Assembly: GCA_965649205.1 (NCBI GenBank)
Contig: CBFGJV010000001.1
Span: 1 to 64,000, forward strand
DNA: 64,000 nt
Source: a candidate division WOR-3 bacterium
Lineage (GTDB): Bacteria > Hydrothermota > Tepidihabitantia > Tepidihabitantales > Tepidihabitantaceae
Direction: 5' to 3'
In this document: in pieces, positions 47,661 through 56,979 of the stretch
Layout of the letters: each line of letters opens with the position of its first letter
How positions within the stretch are numbered: the stretch's first letter is position 1
Notes under the pieces: generated by a model
Told to the model about the DNA's origin: nothing
What the model saw: the letters and a program-made list of their open reading frames with translations, nothing else
Database searches by the model: none
Position numbers and translations under genes: made by a program

Positions 47661-50182
47661 GGCTGATTGTCTCCTTTATTTGGGGTAGGAATTGCTTCCG
47701 ACTCGGCGCCGGATGGAGCAGATGTTTGTCCGGCTCCCAGTTTTCGCCGACAGATGTCAATGTTCTGTCGGGCGCTGGTCACGAATTCTGACTGGGGAAA
47801 GGAATCCACTACGGTCTGAAAGGCGGCGAGGCTGCCTTGGTAGTCTCCTAGGTTAAAAAGTGCGATTCCCAAATTGAAGTAGCCGCCATCCCGTCGTTCG
47901 TGCTGAGGAAAATAGTCCAGGTATTTACGATAGGCTCGACTGGCTTCTTCCCATTTTTTAAGCTGAGAATAGCTCTCTGCTGTCAGCAGCTGCGCATCGG
48001 CTGCAATGGCTGAACCCGGAAAGTTGACCACCGCCTTCTGCAGCTCCAGGGCGGCTTCTGCGTAGCGTCCTGCGTCGTAGAGAGAACGGCCTTTCTGATA
48101 CTGACCTTCGGCTGCCATGTCCGAACTGCCGAAGCGGCGGAGAAATTCGGCCATGACCGCCTCGTCCTCAGTACCGGCGAGGTAGTAGCTGGTTTCCAGA
48201 CTTTTGCGCACGCTGGGACCCTGGGGGTCAGAAGGGTACAGGTCAAGAAACTTCTGGTATTCTCGAACCGCGTCCAGATAAAGCCGACGGTTGTAATATG
48301 ACTGGGCAATGAGAGCCTGGGCAGGTGGAGCAAATTCACTGTCCGGATGCCGTTCCACCAAGAATTTGAACATGGCGACAGCTTTATCATATTCCAATGC
48401 CTTGAAATAAGTGTCGCCGGTGCGGAAGGCTGCCTCGGCTACTTTGGGGTTGCCTTCCGGATATTTGTTTACCAAGTTGGTCCAGGCATCCACTGCCTGT
48501 CCGTAGTAGCCGGTCTGGTAGTAGCAGTAGCCCGCGTAAAACCAGCCCGGCACTGCCGCTTGGCTGATGTCGGGGAACGTGTTTGCCAGAGCTTCAAATA
48601 TGTCGAGGGCTTTGAGGTATTCTTTCTGGTTGAAAAGGCTGTAGCCATAGCCTAGGTAGGCGGCAATGGTGAAAAGCGTGTCTTCGGGGCGTGCAGAAAG
48701 CAAAGTTTGGAAACTATTTGCCGCTTCTGTGAGGCGTCCCAGGTGGTATAGGCAGTAAGAGCGACCCAGGCGGGCATACGGCCCTATGTCCGAGGCCGGC
48801 TGGGCATACGCCTGCTGGTAGTATACATCTGCTTCATTGTATTTGTCGTAGTAGTAGAAAGCGTCGGCCAGAGCATACAGCAGGCGCGCCCGCCATTCTC
48901 CTGTTTCTTGCGGATAGTCTGCCAGGTACTTGGTGCCTACTGCTATGCTCTTTTCGTATTTGCCCGCAGCATTCAGCGTGAAAAGGAGCATGGCCGCGGC
49001 CGGTTCCCGCAGGGCAGTTTTCGCGTAGTCGGTAATTACCTGCTCGAATTGCTTTTCTGCTCGTTCCAACTGACCTTGCTGGTAGCTGATAACACCTGAG
49101 AGGTAATTCCCGGTTCCGGAGATTTCGCCGGTGCGAAACATTGTTGCCAGTTGGCTGGTGGTGAGCAAAGTCTGGGTGGTGTCCGCGTTAGCCAGCAGGG
49201 CCTGGGTGAGCTGCAGGTTGGCGTAGCTCGCAATCTTGGTATTGGGGTAGTTGGCTCGTACTTTCTGGAATCGTTCTATTGCTTCAGCCGGTCGGCCCAG
49301 AGCGTTGTAGGCATAGCCCATGAAGTAATTGGCATGGGCAGCAAGGAAGTTGTTGGGGTGCCGGGTAAGAGGTAGCAACTGTTCTAAGGCCAGGTTGTAT
49401 TCCTTCTGGGCGATGAGCGCACAGCCCAGAAAGTATCGGGCATAGTCAGCTAGGTGGGAGTGAGGATAGTTGTCCAGAAAGAATTGAAACTTGGCCCTGG
49501 CACCGTCGTAGTCCTGGTTCATAAACAGAGCCTGCCCGGCGGCGAAGTGGGCGAGGATGGCTAACCGGGTATTGGGAAATTCGGTGGTTATCTCTTTGAG
49601 ACTCAGGAGTGCAGGCAAAGGTCGGCCTGTAGCGGCATAGCTCTTCGCTAGATAGTATTTTGCTTCGGGCAGAGAAACGCGAGACAATCTGGTTATGGCT
49701 TGCTCGTAGTTGCGTTCAAAGTAGTCCAGAACACCCAGAGCAAACGCGGTACGTTCGTGGTCTTCGTAACCCTGGGTTTTGGCCAGATTCTCCAGTTCTG
49801 CGCGTGCCTGACGGAGTTGACCGAGCATTATAGAGGACAGCGCGAGACCGTACAGGGCCTCAGGTTTCAAGTAGGCGGAACGCGCCTTTGTGGCTAAATG
49901 CCGAAAGATGACCTGAGCCTGGGCATACTGTCCCAAGTTGAAGTGGGTCTCCGCCAAGGCATAGCGAAGCTCGTCTCCGAACTCACTGCCGCCGTAGTCG
50001 CGCACAAGGCTAAACAGTTCAACCGCCGCTTTGTTGTAATCGTGCTCGGCCAGCCATGATTGAGTCTTGTTGTAGCGTTCCACAAGCAAACGCAGTTTCT
50101 CCGGGGATAGACCCCGTTCCGCTGCCATTACGGGTTCGGCCAAGAGCATAATAAAGCAGAGGAAACGACAACTGGAAGACAA
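47657..50182 (-). CDS. periplasmic tetratricopeptide-repeat protein (YbgF/BamD-like repeats)
   Basis: Signal peptide; many repeats of A..Y..G..YY....Y..A...F......YP.S. Confidence 0.85.
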   Translation of the reverse strand: MSSSCRFLCFIMLLAEPVMAAERGLSPEKLRLLVERYNKTQSWLAEHDYNKAAVELFSLVRDYGGSEFGDELRYALAETHFNLGQYAQAQVIFRHLATKARSAYLKPEALYGLALSSIMLGQLRQARAELENLAKTQGYEDHERTAFALGVLDYFERNYEQAITRLSRVSLPEAKYYLAKSYAATGRPLPALLSLKEITTEFPNTRLAILAHFAAGQALFMNQDYDGARAKFQFFLDNYPHSHLADYARYFLGCALIAQKEYNLALEQLLPLTRHPNNFLAAHANYFMGYAYNALGRPAEAIERFQKVRANYPNTKIASYANLQLTQALLANADTTQTLLTTSQLATMFRTGEISGTGNYLSGVISYQQGQLERAEKQFEQVITDYAKTALREPAAAMLLFTLNAAGKYEKSIAVGTKYLADYPQETGEWRARLLYALADAFYYYDKYNEADVYYQQAYAQPASDIGPYARLGRSYCLYHLGRLTEAANSFQTLLSARPEDTLFTIAAYLGYGYSLFNQKEYLKALDIFEALANTFPDISQAAVPGWFYAGYCYYQTGYYGQAVDAWTNLVNKYPEGNPKVAEAAFRTGDTYFKALEYDKAVAMFKFLVERHPDSEFAPPAQALIAQSYYNRRLYLDAVREYQKFLDLYPSDPQGPSVRKSLETSYYLAGTEDEAVMAEFLRRFGSSDMAAEGQYQKGRSLYDAGRYAEAALELQKAVVNFPGSAIAADAQLLTAESYSQLKKWEEASRAYRKYLDYFPQHERRDGGYFNLGIALFNLGDYQGSLAAFQTVVDSFPQSEFVTSARQNIDICRRKLGAGQTSAPSGAESEAIPTPNKGDNQP

Positions 50183-50185
50183 GGC

Positions 50186-51508
50186 TTATTCCCCGGGCTT
50201 TATTTCTACTTTACCCCTAGGGCCGCGAGTAAGTATTTCCGTGAGCAACCCGGAACACTCCAGGGAGTTGTTGCGCACATCAATGACGACTATGTTGTAG
50301 TAGTACCGTCCGTCAGCCACAAGTCGGCCGGAATCATCCAGACCGTCCCAGCTGATGCGCAATGGCGGGTTGTCCCACCCCTGAAAAGTGCGTACTAGCT
50401 CGCCGTAGCTGTTCTTTATGAGAATCTGCCAGCGTTTAGGTCGGGCTCGCGGCTGAAGCCGCACGTCCATCCAGAGGACGTTTCTGTCGTTGTCTGGTGT
50501 GGGTCTGAACACGGCCGGGGTAGCCTCTATCCAGACGCGGAAGCCAGAAAATCCAAGGTAGAGCCCGGCTTTATGGGTAGGGGCTAGGCGATAGCGGGAT
50601 TGGTGATGAAGCAGAACGGCGTAATCAACGCCTATAGACATCCTGCCCCAAGACTTGTGAATACCCAATCCTAGACTCAGGTCATTGGGGTCCATGCCGA
50701 TCCGTTGATAGAGTACATCGGGCACGAGTTCGATTTCTGCCCCTCCTCGCAGCGCAAAGCGCGGAGTAAAGTTGCGCGTGGGGTTACCTAGTTCATCCCG
50801 GTTATAGAGCAGAGGCAGGGAAACGTCTGCAGTAAGAAGAGCGCGGCCACCGAGTAGGTGTACTGCGGTTCCAGCACGCAGGATACGTGGATAGTTTTCC
50901 GGCAAAGTAGCTAGCTGCAATCGAGGCTGGAGCACATTTTGAAAGCAGAGGCCGAAGCTCAGAGGCGAAGGTCTAGTGAGGAGAATGCCCAAATCTGCTC
51001 CCAGGCCGACGGCAGAATACTGCGCCATGTTTTTGGAAACGAGCTTGCCTGTCATTCCTAGTCCGAGGAAGTTAGTAGGGTTGTAGCAGTACGACATCAG
51101 GTAAGAATTCTCCAAATAAAAGAAATTTTGGTAGGGATAGTTGTCAGGGGTACGCGACTGCAGTCCACCGGCCCAGTAACTGGCTAGGTTCACGCCGAAG
51201 GTACCCCAGTCTCGGGTAGGAAGAGCGTAGGCGATGTATTCCATCTGCGCGCCGTAGAGCTGAGAGTGGGCGAGTACCACTTCGTTGGCGTTCAGCTGAA
51301 ACAGACCACCAGGGTTGAAGTAGACTGCCTGTACGTCGTCAGCCAGAGCGGTGAAAGCCTTACCCAGGGCCAGACTGCGGGGTGACGGAGCGTAGGAGAG
51401 CATGGCACCGGGCAGACCACCTTCTGCGTAGAGCAGAGTAAAGAGACAGAAAAAACAAGTCAGACAGAGGCCAACGTGTGTGTGGGTACTCCTTGCCTGT
51501 CTTACCAT
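50186..51508 (-). CDS. PorV/UPF0164-like beta-barrel fused to a C-terminal FlgD-Ig-like domain
   Basis: SPRSLALGKAFTALADDVQAVYFNPGGL; barrel ends near THKAGLYLGF, then FRPTPD...WQILIKNSYGELVR...WDGLDDSG...DGRYYY; start moved to ATG 51508. Confidence 0.75.
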   Translation of the reverse strand: MVRQARSTHTHVGLCLTCFFCLFTLLYAEGGLPGAMLSYAPSPRSLALGKAFTALADDVQAVYFNPGGLFQLNANEVVLAHSQLYGAQMEYIAYALPTRDWGTFGVNLASYWAGGLQSRTPDNYPYQNFFYLENSYLMSYCYNPTNFLGLGMTGKLVSKNMAQYSAVGLGADLGILLTRPSPLSFGLCFQNVLQPRLQLATLPENYPRILRAGTAVHLLGGRALLTADVSLPLLYNRDELGNPTRNFTPRFALRGGAEIELVPDVLYQRIGMDPNDLSLGLGIHKSWGRMSIGVDYAVLLHHQSRYRLAPTHKAGLYLGFSGFRVWIEATPAVFRPTPDNDRNVLWMDVRLQPRARPKRWQILIKNSYGELVRTFQGWDNPPLRISWDGLDDSGRLVADGRYYYNIVVIDVRNNSLECSGLLTEILTRGPRGKVEIKPGE

Positions 51509-53154
51509 AGTACTCCTACCCGGCAGGTACCGCGGAAAGCAATACCGGTATGCATTTCGCTTACCACCTGAATGAGGTAGATACCATTCGCCACTCGCCT
51601 GTTCTGGTTGTTGCGACCGTCCCACTGTATGTAGTTTATGCCGCTGCGGCCGTAGGCGCTGCCGGGAGGACCGTGCCAGGTTCTGACTTCGTTGCCGAAG
51701 GGGTCGTATATTCTTACCCAAGTTTCTGCTGCACCGGGTAGATAATAATAGATGGTGGCAGATTCACGGTTGAAACCGAAAGGGTTGGGATATACGCCGA
51801 CGGTGGAGCTATCCGGTCGGTCTACAAAGATGGAAACGAACGTATCTGCCGCAGCAGTTATCTTGATGGTGTCACGTTCCGGTCCTCGAGCGGCTGAGGA
51901 GAGAAAACGAGCGGTAACCCGGCCCAGGGTGTCAGAAAGAACCAAGGAATCTAGCATTCTGCCTTTTCCGGCAATTACCGTGAAACGGCAGGGAGCAGCT
52001 ACTACCGGTGTATAGTTGTCGTCTTTTAAGATTACGTGTATATAGGCGGTTTCTCCTGCTCGTACGGTGTCGGGTGCGGAAATCTCAAAGCGAGTAGCCA
52101 GCGCTCGAACATCGAGCCAGCTGGTGTAGGTTATGAGATTCCGGCTAGGGGTCGCCGCCCGTATGTTCTGACTGGCTCCGGCTCGCAGGAAACGGGCCTG
52201 AAAGACTGCTTCTCTTCCGAGTCGAGCGCGTTGGGGCTGGACGACAAAGGGAAAGTCTGAATACAGGCTTACGCTCTCGGCCGGGGCTTCCACTCGATTC
52301 CAGCATAGGTCGCATGCATACACCTTTACCTCAAAGTCCCGTCCTACATACTGTGCCTGCGGTGTCCCTGCTTTGCCTGGTGTGTTCCATTCGTCAGTGG
52401 TGGTGTCTCCGGGCAAAAACGTCTCTCCAGGCAGTAACAACAGTAATTGCGCCGGAGCTTGGGGGTCTACAGGACATAGAGAAGAAACGCCCGCCCGTAC
52501 TGGAGAGTTCCGAGAAGGGGTGACGGTTATGCGTTGAGAGTCGCCCGCGGCGCGCAGAACAACAGAGAATACCGCGGAACCATTCGCAAGACGTCCGCCA
52601 CGGGGAAGGACAGAAAAGCTGTCAGTAGAGGAAAAATAGACGCTGTCATTACGGTTAGGCACCCGGTTGTGCCATGCGTCAGTAACATACACCTCCGTGT
52701 CAAAGCCGATGCCAGCTTTCTGTCGGGCCGGGCTGCCCAAACGCCCTTGGAGAGAACCCGGGACATAGGTTTCACCAGGAAGGACAAGAAGGAACTGAAC
52801 CGGCGGGCCGTTTTCTACTCTTATCTGGTTGCTTGTGCCCCAGGCAGTGCGTTGCAGGTTACTGCAGCGTAAGGTGAGGGTTTCGGCCAGGGTTACATAG
52901 ACGAAACCCTCCCAGAGGCCTGAGCTGAAGGAGACAATATTATCTCCGCGGGTGGTATAGATGAAACGGGCCGCGCCATCCCGGCTGGTCATGAGTTCTG
53001 CCGGACCATTGTAGGGAAATAGATTACCGGCCGCGTCTCTGGCTGATATGCTTATATGAAAGGAGTCGCCCGCTCGTTGCTGGGTCGGTATGTACTCAAA
53101 CCGAAACGAGCTTAGCTGGCCGAGGAGTGCAAAGACCAGAACTGTATGTGTCAC
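51502..53154 (-). CDS. secreted Ig-like repeat protein with FlgD-Ig/T9SS C-terminal domain
   Basis: Duplicated module LLVLPGETYVPG...VYVTDAWHN / LLLLPGETFLPG...VYACDLCWN; CTD YPNPF...IYDPFG...WDGRN...ANGIY; start moved to GTG 53154. Confidence 0.7.
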   Translation of the reverse strand: MTHTVLVFALLGQLSSFRFEYIPTQQRAGDSFHISISARDAAGNLFPYNGPAELMTSRDGAARFIYTTRGDNIVSFSSGLWEGFVYVTLAETLTLRCSNLQRTAWGTSNQIRVENGPPVQFLLVLPGETYVPGSLQGRLGSPARQKAGIGFDTEVYVTDAWHNRVPNRNDSVYFSSTDSFSVLPRGGRLANGSAVFSVVLRAAGDSQRITVTPSRNSPVRAGVSSLCPVDPQAPAQLLLLLPGETFLPGDTTTDEWNTPGKAGTPQAQYVGRDFEVKVYACDLCWNRVEAPAESVSLYSDFPFVVQPQRARLGREAVFQARFLRAGASQNIRAATPSRNLITYTSWLDVRALATRFEISAPDTVRAGETAYIHVILKDDNYTPVVAAPCRFTVIAGKGRMLDSLVLSDTLGRVTARFLSSAARGPERDTIKITAAADTFVSIFVDRPDSSTVGVYPNPFGFNRESATIYYYLPGAAETWVRIYDPFGNEVRTWHGPPGSAYGRSGINYIQWDGRNNQNRRVANGIYLIQVVSEMHTGIAFRGTCRVGVLW

Positions 53155-53164
53155 AAGACAATAT

Positions 53165-53192
53165 ATTCTAGAATAGTGAAAGAAGGTGTCAA
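53165..53192 (-). promoter_or_regulatory. promoter (TTGACA-N16-TAGAAT) for the second PorV-like/TonB operon
   Basis: -35 at 53192-53187, -10 at 53170-53165, 10 nt before GTG. Confidence 0.65.
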
Positions 53193-53233
53193 TTCCGTTC
53201 CGGAGTTGGACAGTCTGCCTGCAGATCGGTGTA

Positions 53234-53261
53234 TTGACCCGCTGTTGAATGAGCATAGACT
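53234..53261 (+). promoter_or_regulatory. promoter (TTGACC-N16-TAGACT) for the S8 protease
   Basis: Divergent from the previous promoter; SD AGGAGG before ATG 53345. Confidence 0.55.
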
Positions 53262-53344
53262 TGGGACAAGGTGAAAAAGGAGGGTGTTCCGTGGGGATAG
53301 ATGAAAAGCGAAGAAGTAGTAGCACATCAAACAGGAGGCTGGCC

Positions 53345-56300
53345 ATGAAGTTCTCTCTGATACTGCTGCTGGCTGGGGTCGTGTTCGCCGAACCGGTAAT
53401 GTTGTCAGGTTATTCCGGAGCATTTGAGCCGGAGATATTGCCCGAATACGATTCGGTAGCCATCGCCGGATACAGGTTTGCTCCCAAGTCAGGAGTACCC
53501 GAGTTTCCGCCTGAGTGGCGTGCCGTATCAGACTACTGCCTGATACAGCTGAGAGGGCCGGTGTATGAGTATATGCACAGGACGCTTTCCAGTTATGGCA
53601 TCAGAATTATTCAATATGTTCCTTTCAATACCTTCGTCTGCAGGGCAAATCCGGCAGAGCGAGCTGCGGTTGCGGAGCTTGATTTTGTAAGCTGGGTGGG
53701 TAACTACGAACCCGCGTACAAGATCAGCGCAGACCTGAGGAGTGCGTCGGATAGATTCCGGGAGGGAAGGCTTGACCTGCTGGTGATGCTATTTCTTGAC
53801 GAGAGTATGGAGCAGGCAGTAAGACGATTCTCTACGCTCGGTACAGTGCGAGAGATTTCAGAAAGCGACGCCTTCAAGGTTGTCAGGCTGGAAATAGATG
53901 CTTCGCGTCTGGCCGAGTTGGCCCGGCTTACAGAGGTAGCCTGGATTGAACCTTGGCCGGAGGTGGTGCACTGTAATGAGAATGCTCAGTGGGTAACCCA
54001 GACTTGGCGCCAGGGTATTCGTCGCATATGGGCAAAAGGAGTAAGAGGAGAAACCCAGGTGGTGAATACTGCTGATACTGGCATTCTTATGGGGTCAGTT
54101 ACTCACAACATGGTCCGCGATCCGGCAGTTCCGATTACAAACTGGGGTGACTTTCCGACCCATCGCAAGGTTATAGCGTATCGGACCTGGTCCGGCTCCT
54201 CGGCCGCATTTGGCGACAACTCAGCCGGCGGTTGGCACGGCACCCATACGGCTGGCACCATCTGTGGTGACGACAGTCATGTCGGAGGTCAGAGTGATGC
54301 CGACGGCATGGCCGTCAAAGCCAAGATGTATTTCATGGACATCGGTACTTCGTCCGGTTCTTTGTCTGTGCCGGGTGATCTGACGAATCTTTACACTTTG
54401 CCTTACACCGGAAATGCAGGGGGTGCTGCTCGTATTTCTTCTCATTCCTGGGGCTCAACCACGGGTGCGGGTACTTACACAGCCTACTGCCAACAGACAG
54501 ACAGGTTCATGTGGGATCGCAAGGATTTTCTGCTTGTTTATGCAGCAGGTAACAGCGGGCCACAGGCATCCACGGTTGTTCCGCCCGGAACGTCTAAGAA
54601 CATCATTACCGCCGGTGCGACCGCTAATGGCACATCTGCCCGTCTGATGGCCGATTTTTCCTCCCGGGGTCCTTGTAATGATACCCGCTATAAACCTACG
54701 GTTACGGCACCCGGTCAGACAATGCTTTCGGCCGTCGGGCCGAATGCCAACAGCTATGGTTACATGCAGGGTACCTCCATGGCAACTCCCTGCGTAGCCG
54801 GCAGCGCGGCACTCGTGCGCGATTACTTCGCGAAAGGATTCTACCCGAGCGGTGAATCGGTACCGGCCAACCGGATGAGCTACATTTCGGCTGCCTTAGT
54901 TAAGGCCTGCATAATCAATTCGGCGGCTGCTGACATCATTGGTTCCACTATCCCGGATAACAATACTGGTTGGGGTCGTGTGAATCTGGATGACGTACTC
55001 TATTTCAAGGATGATGTGCGCCGGCTTCTGATTGTTGATGATACAGCAGGTATTGCCACCGGTCAGTTTCGCGAGTATACGGTTTCAGTTAACAATCAGG
55101 CAGAGCCGCTGAAGATAACTCTGGTCTGGACCGACTATCCGGCCAGCGCTGGCGCGAATCCGGCTATTGTCAATAACCTTGATTTGCAGGTGACCGGGCC
55201 GAATGGGGTGGTGTATCGCGGTAATCAATACTCTGGTGGAGAGTCGCAGCCAAATCCAACAAGCTGGGACAATCGTAATGTGGAGGAATGTGTTCGACGC
55301 CATATACCGGAGATTGGCCGCTGGACTATTAGGGTGAACGGTACCAATGTACCTCAGGGCACTAGACAGCCATTTGCTCTGGTGGTGACCGGAGGCTTGG
55401 GTGAAGAGACTGTTCCGGCCCTGGTTCTTTCCGGGTTCAAGCTGGATGACCCCGCGCCGGGCAACAACAACGGAAGGTTAGACCCTGGCGAGACTGTCTT
55501 TCTGACTGATACAATACGCAATCAATCGGCCCAACCGGCATTTAGTGTTTTGGGCCGTCTGCGGCTGGTAACTCCTAGTCCCCATATTACTCTGCTGGAT
55601 ACCGTGGGATATTTCGGAGATGTCCCGGTGGGAGCGAGCGCGCACAATGGCGAAACCCGCTTTAGTCTTTCTGCCTCCAGCCTGACTCCGGCCGGTACCG
55701 TAGTGGAATTCATTCTGGCTTTGGAAGGGACAGGCTTCACTCAAAACATTCCCTTCCAGTTGAAGGTGGGCAGCAGCGGTTTTGAGGTCATATGGGGCCC
55801 TAAACCTCTGCCCAGCTTTCCCAGTTCCGGTTTTCCCTACGGATTGGCCTATTGTTCATTGAATGACCGTCTGTATGTGATGAACGCCTATTCCCGTAAG
55901 ATATATATGTATTCGAGTGATTCTAATCTGACATACTTAGGTACCATTCCTGCACCTGATACTCTGGGAACTGATATCAAGTATTGCTCCTACGATACGA
56001 CGTTCTGGGTGGCGGCGAATTTCAATGTCGGCGGCAGAAGAGTGTACAAAATTTTACCCGATGGAACTGTTCTTTGGCAGTTTGCCAATCCGGCTAATGA
56101 CTATCCGACTGGGCTTGCCTGGGTGGAGGCTGAGGGGCTTTTGTACTTAGCCGACCGCAGAACGGCGCTGAATACATTTCCTCAGTACGTATATGTTGCA
56201 GACACTTTGGGCAGACAACTGCGCCGGATGGATGTACCTTTGCGTGCGGCCTACGGGGCGCGATGTCTAGCCTATGAGCCGCGCGGACCGGGGAATGGTT

Positions 56301-56842
56301 CCCTTTTGATGCTTTATACAGCCTTCAATGCGGAGGGCACGGCCATTGATTCCTGCGGCGTTTACGAGTTCAGTCGTTCTGACCTGTCCCTCATCCAGCG
56401 TGTGCTTCTACCAGGGTGGAACTGTCGCGGCATTGAGTACGACCCGCGTGACGGTAACTATTGGATAGCGATGCCTCAGTCACCCGATCGCTCCTTGGCT
56501 AAGATCTCCGGGTTCTATGGCCCGCCCACCGGACTCGGTCAGGGTGCAAGAGCAGCTCTTGGGCGAGGTGTATATCTGTGTCCCCCCAGTCCCTGTGTGT
56601 TCCGCAATCAGGTGAAGTTGACCTATCATTTACCTGTAGGAGGACACGTACGGCTTGTCATCTGTGACCTTAGCGGCAGAGTGAAGACCGTGTTGGTTGA
56701 CGGATTCGTTGGGCCCGGAGAAAACACTCTGATTTGGAATGGTAGGACAACGGATGGAATACAATTGTCAACGGGTGTCTATTTCATAAGGCTGGAAGCT
56801 TTAGGTGAGATGCGCGTCAAACGAGCAGTAATGGTGCGTTAG
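53345..56842 (+). CDS. large secreted S8 subtilase with propeller-like and FlgD/T9SS C-terminal domains
   Basis: Catalytic triad ADTG, HGTHTAGTI, GTSMATP; AAGN oxyanion; LVWTDYP...NNLDL; CTD WNGR...GVYFIRL. Confidence 0.93.
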   Translation: MKFSLILLLAGVVFAEPVMLSGYSGAFEPEILPEYDSVAIAGYRFAPKSGVPEFPPEWRAVSDYCLIQLRGPVYEYMHRTLSSYGIRIIQYVPFNTFVCRANPAERAAVAELDFVSWVGNYEPAYKISADLRSASDRFREGRLDLLVMLFLDESMEQAVRRFSTLGTVREISESDAFKVVRLEIDASRLAELARLTEVAWIEPWPEVVHCNENAQWVTQTWRQGIRRIWAKGVRGETQVVNTADTGILMGSVTHNMVRDPAVPITNWGDFPTHRKVIAYRTWSGSSAAFGDNSAGGWHGTHTAGTICGDDSHVGGQSDADGMAVKAKMYFMDIGTSSGSLSVPGDLTNLYTLPYTGNAGGAARISSHSWGSTTGAGTYTAYCQQTDRFMWDRKDFLLVYAAGNSGPQASTVVPPGTSKNIITAGATANGTSARLMADFSSRGPCNDTRYKPTVTAPGQTMLSAVGPNANSYGYMQGTSMATPCVAGSAALVRDYFAKGFYPSGESVPANRMSYISAALVKACIINSAAADIIGSTIPDNNTGWGRVNLDDVLYFKDDVRRLLIVDDTAGIATGQFREYTVSVNNQAEPLKITLVWTDYPASAGANPAIVNNLDLQVTGPNGVVYRGNQYSGGESQPNPTSWDNRNVEECVRRHIPEIGRWTIRVNGTNVPQGTRQPFALVVTGGLGEETVPALVLSGFKLDDPAPGNNNGRLDPGETVFLTDTIRNQSAQPAFSVLGRLRLVTPSPHITLLDTVGYFGDVPVGASAHNGETRFSLSASSLTPAGTVVEFILALEGTGFTQNIPFQLKVGSSGFEVIWGPKPLPSFPSSGFPYGLAYCSLNDRLYVMNAYSRKIYMYSSDSNLTYLGTIPAPDTLGTDIKYCSYDTTFWVAANFNVGGRRVYKILPDGTVLWQFANPANDYPTGLAWVEAEGLLYLADRRTALNTFPQYVYVADTLGRQLRRMDVPLRAAYGARCLAYEPRGPGNGSLLMLYTAFNAEGTAIDSCGVYEFSRSDLSLIQRVLLPGWNCRGIEYDPRDGNYWIAMPQSPDRSLAKISGFYGPPTGLGQGARAALGRGVYLCPPSPCVFRNQVKLTYHLPVGGHVRLVICDLSGRVKTVLVDGFVGPGENTLIWNGRTTDGIQLSTGVYFIRLEALGEMRVKRAVMVR

Positions 56843-56979
56843 AAACAGACAAGATTTTGCCAGAAATTGTCCGCGGATAGTTTCGTTCTACGTGCAGAGA
56901 GTCTCTCAGTGGTTTAGCAGTACTATCTGTAAATCTTCGGTTTGCCTCTTCGGCGTGCGTTTTTAGCATAATATCATCG

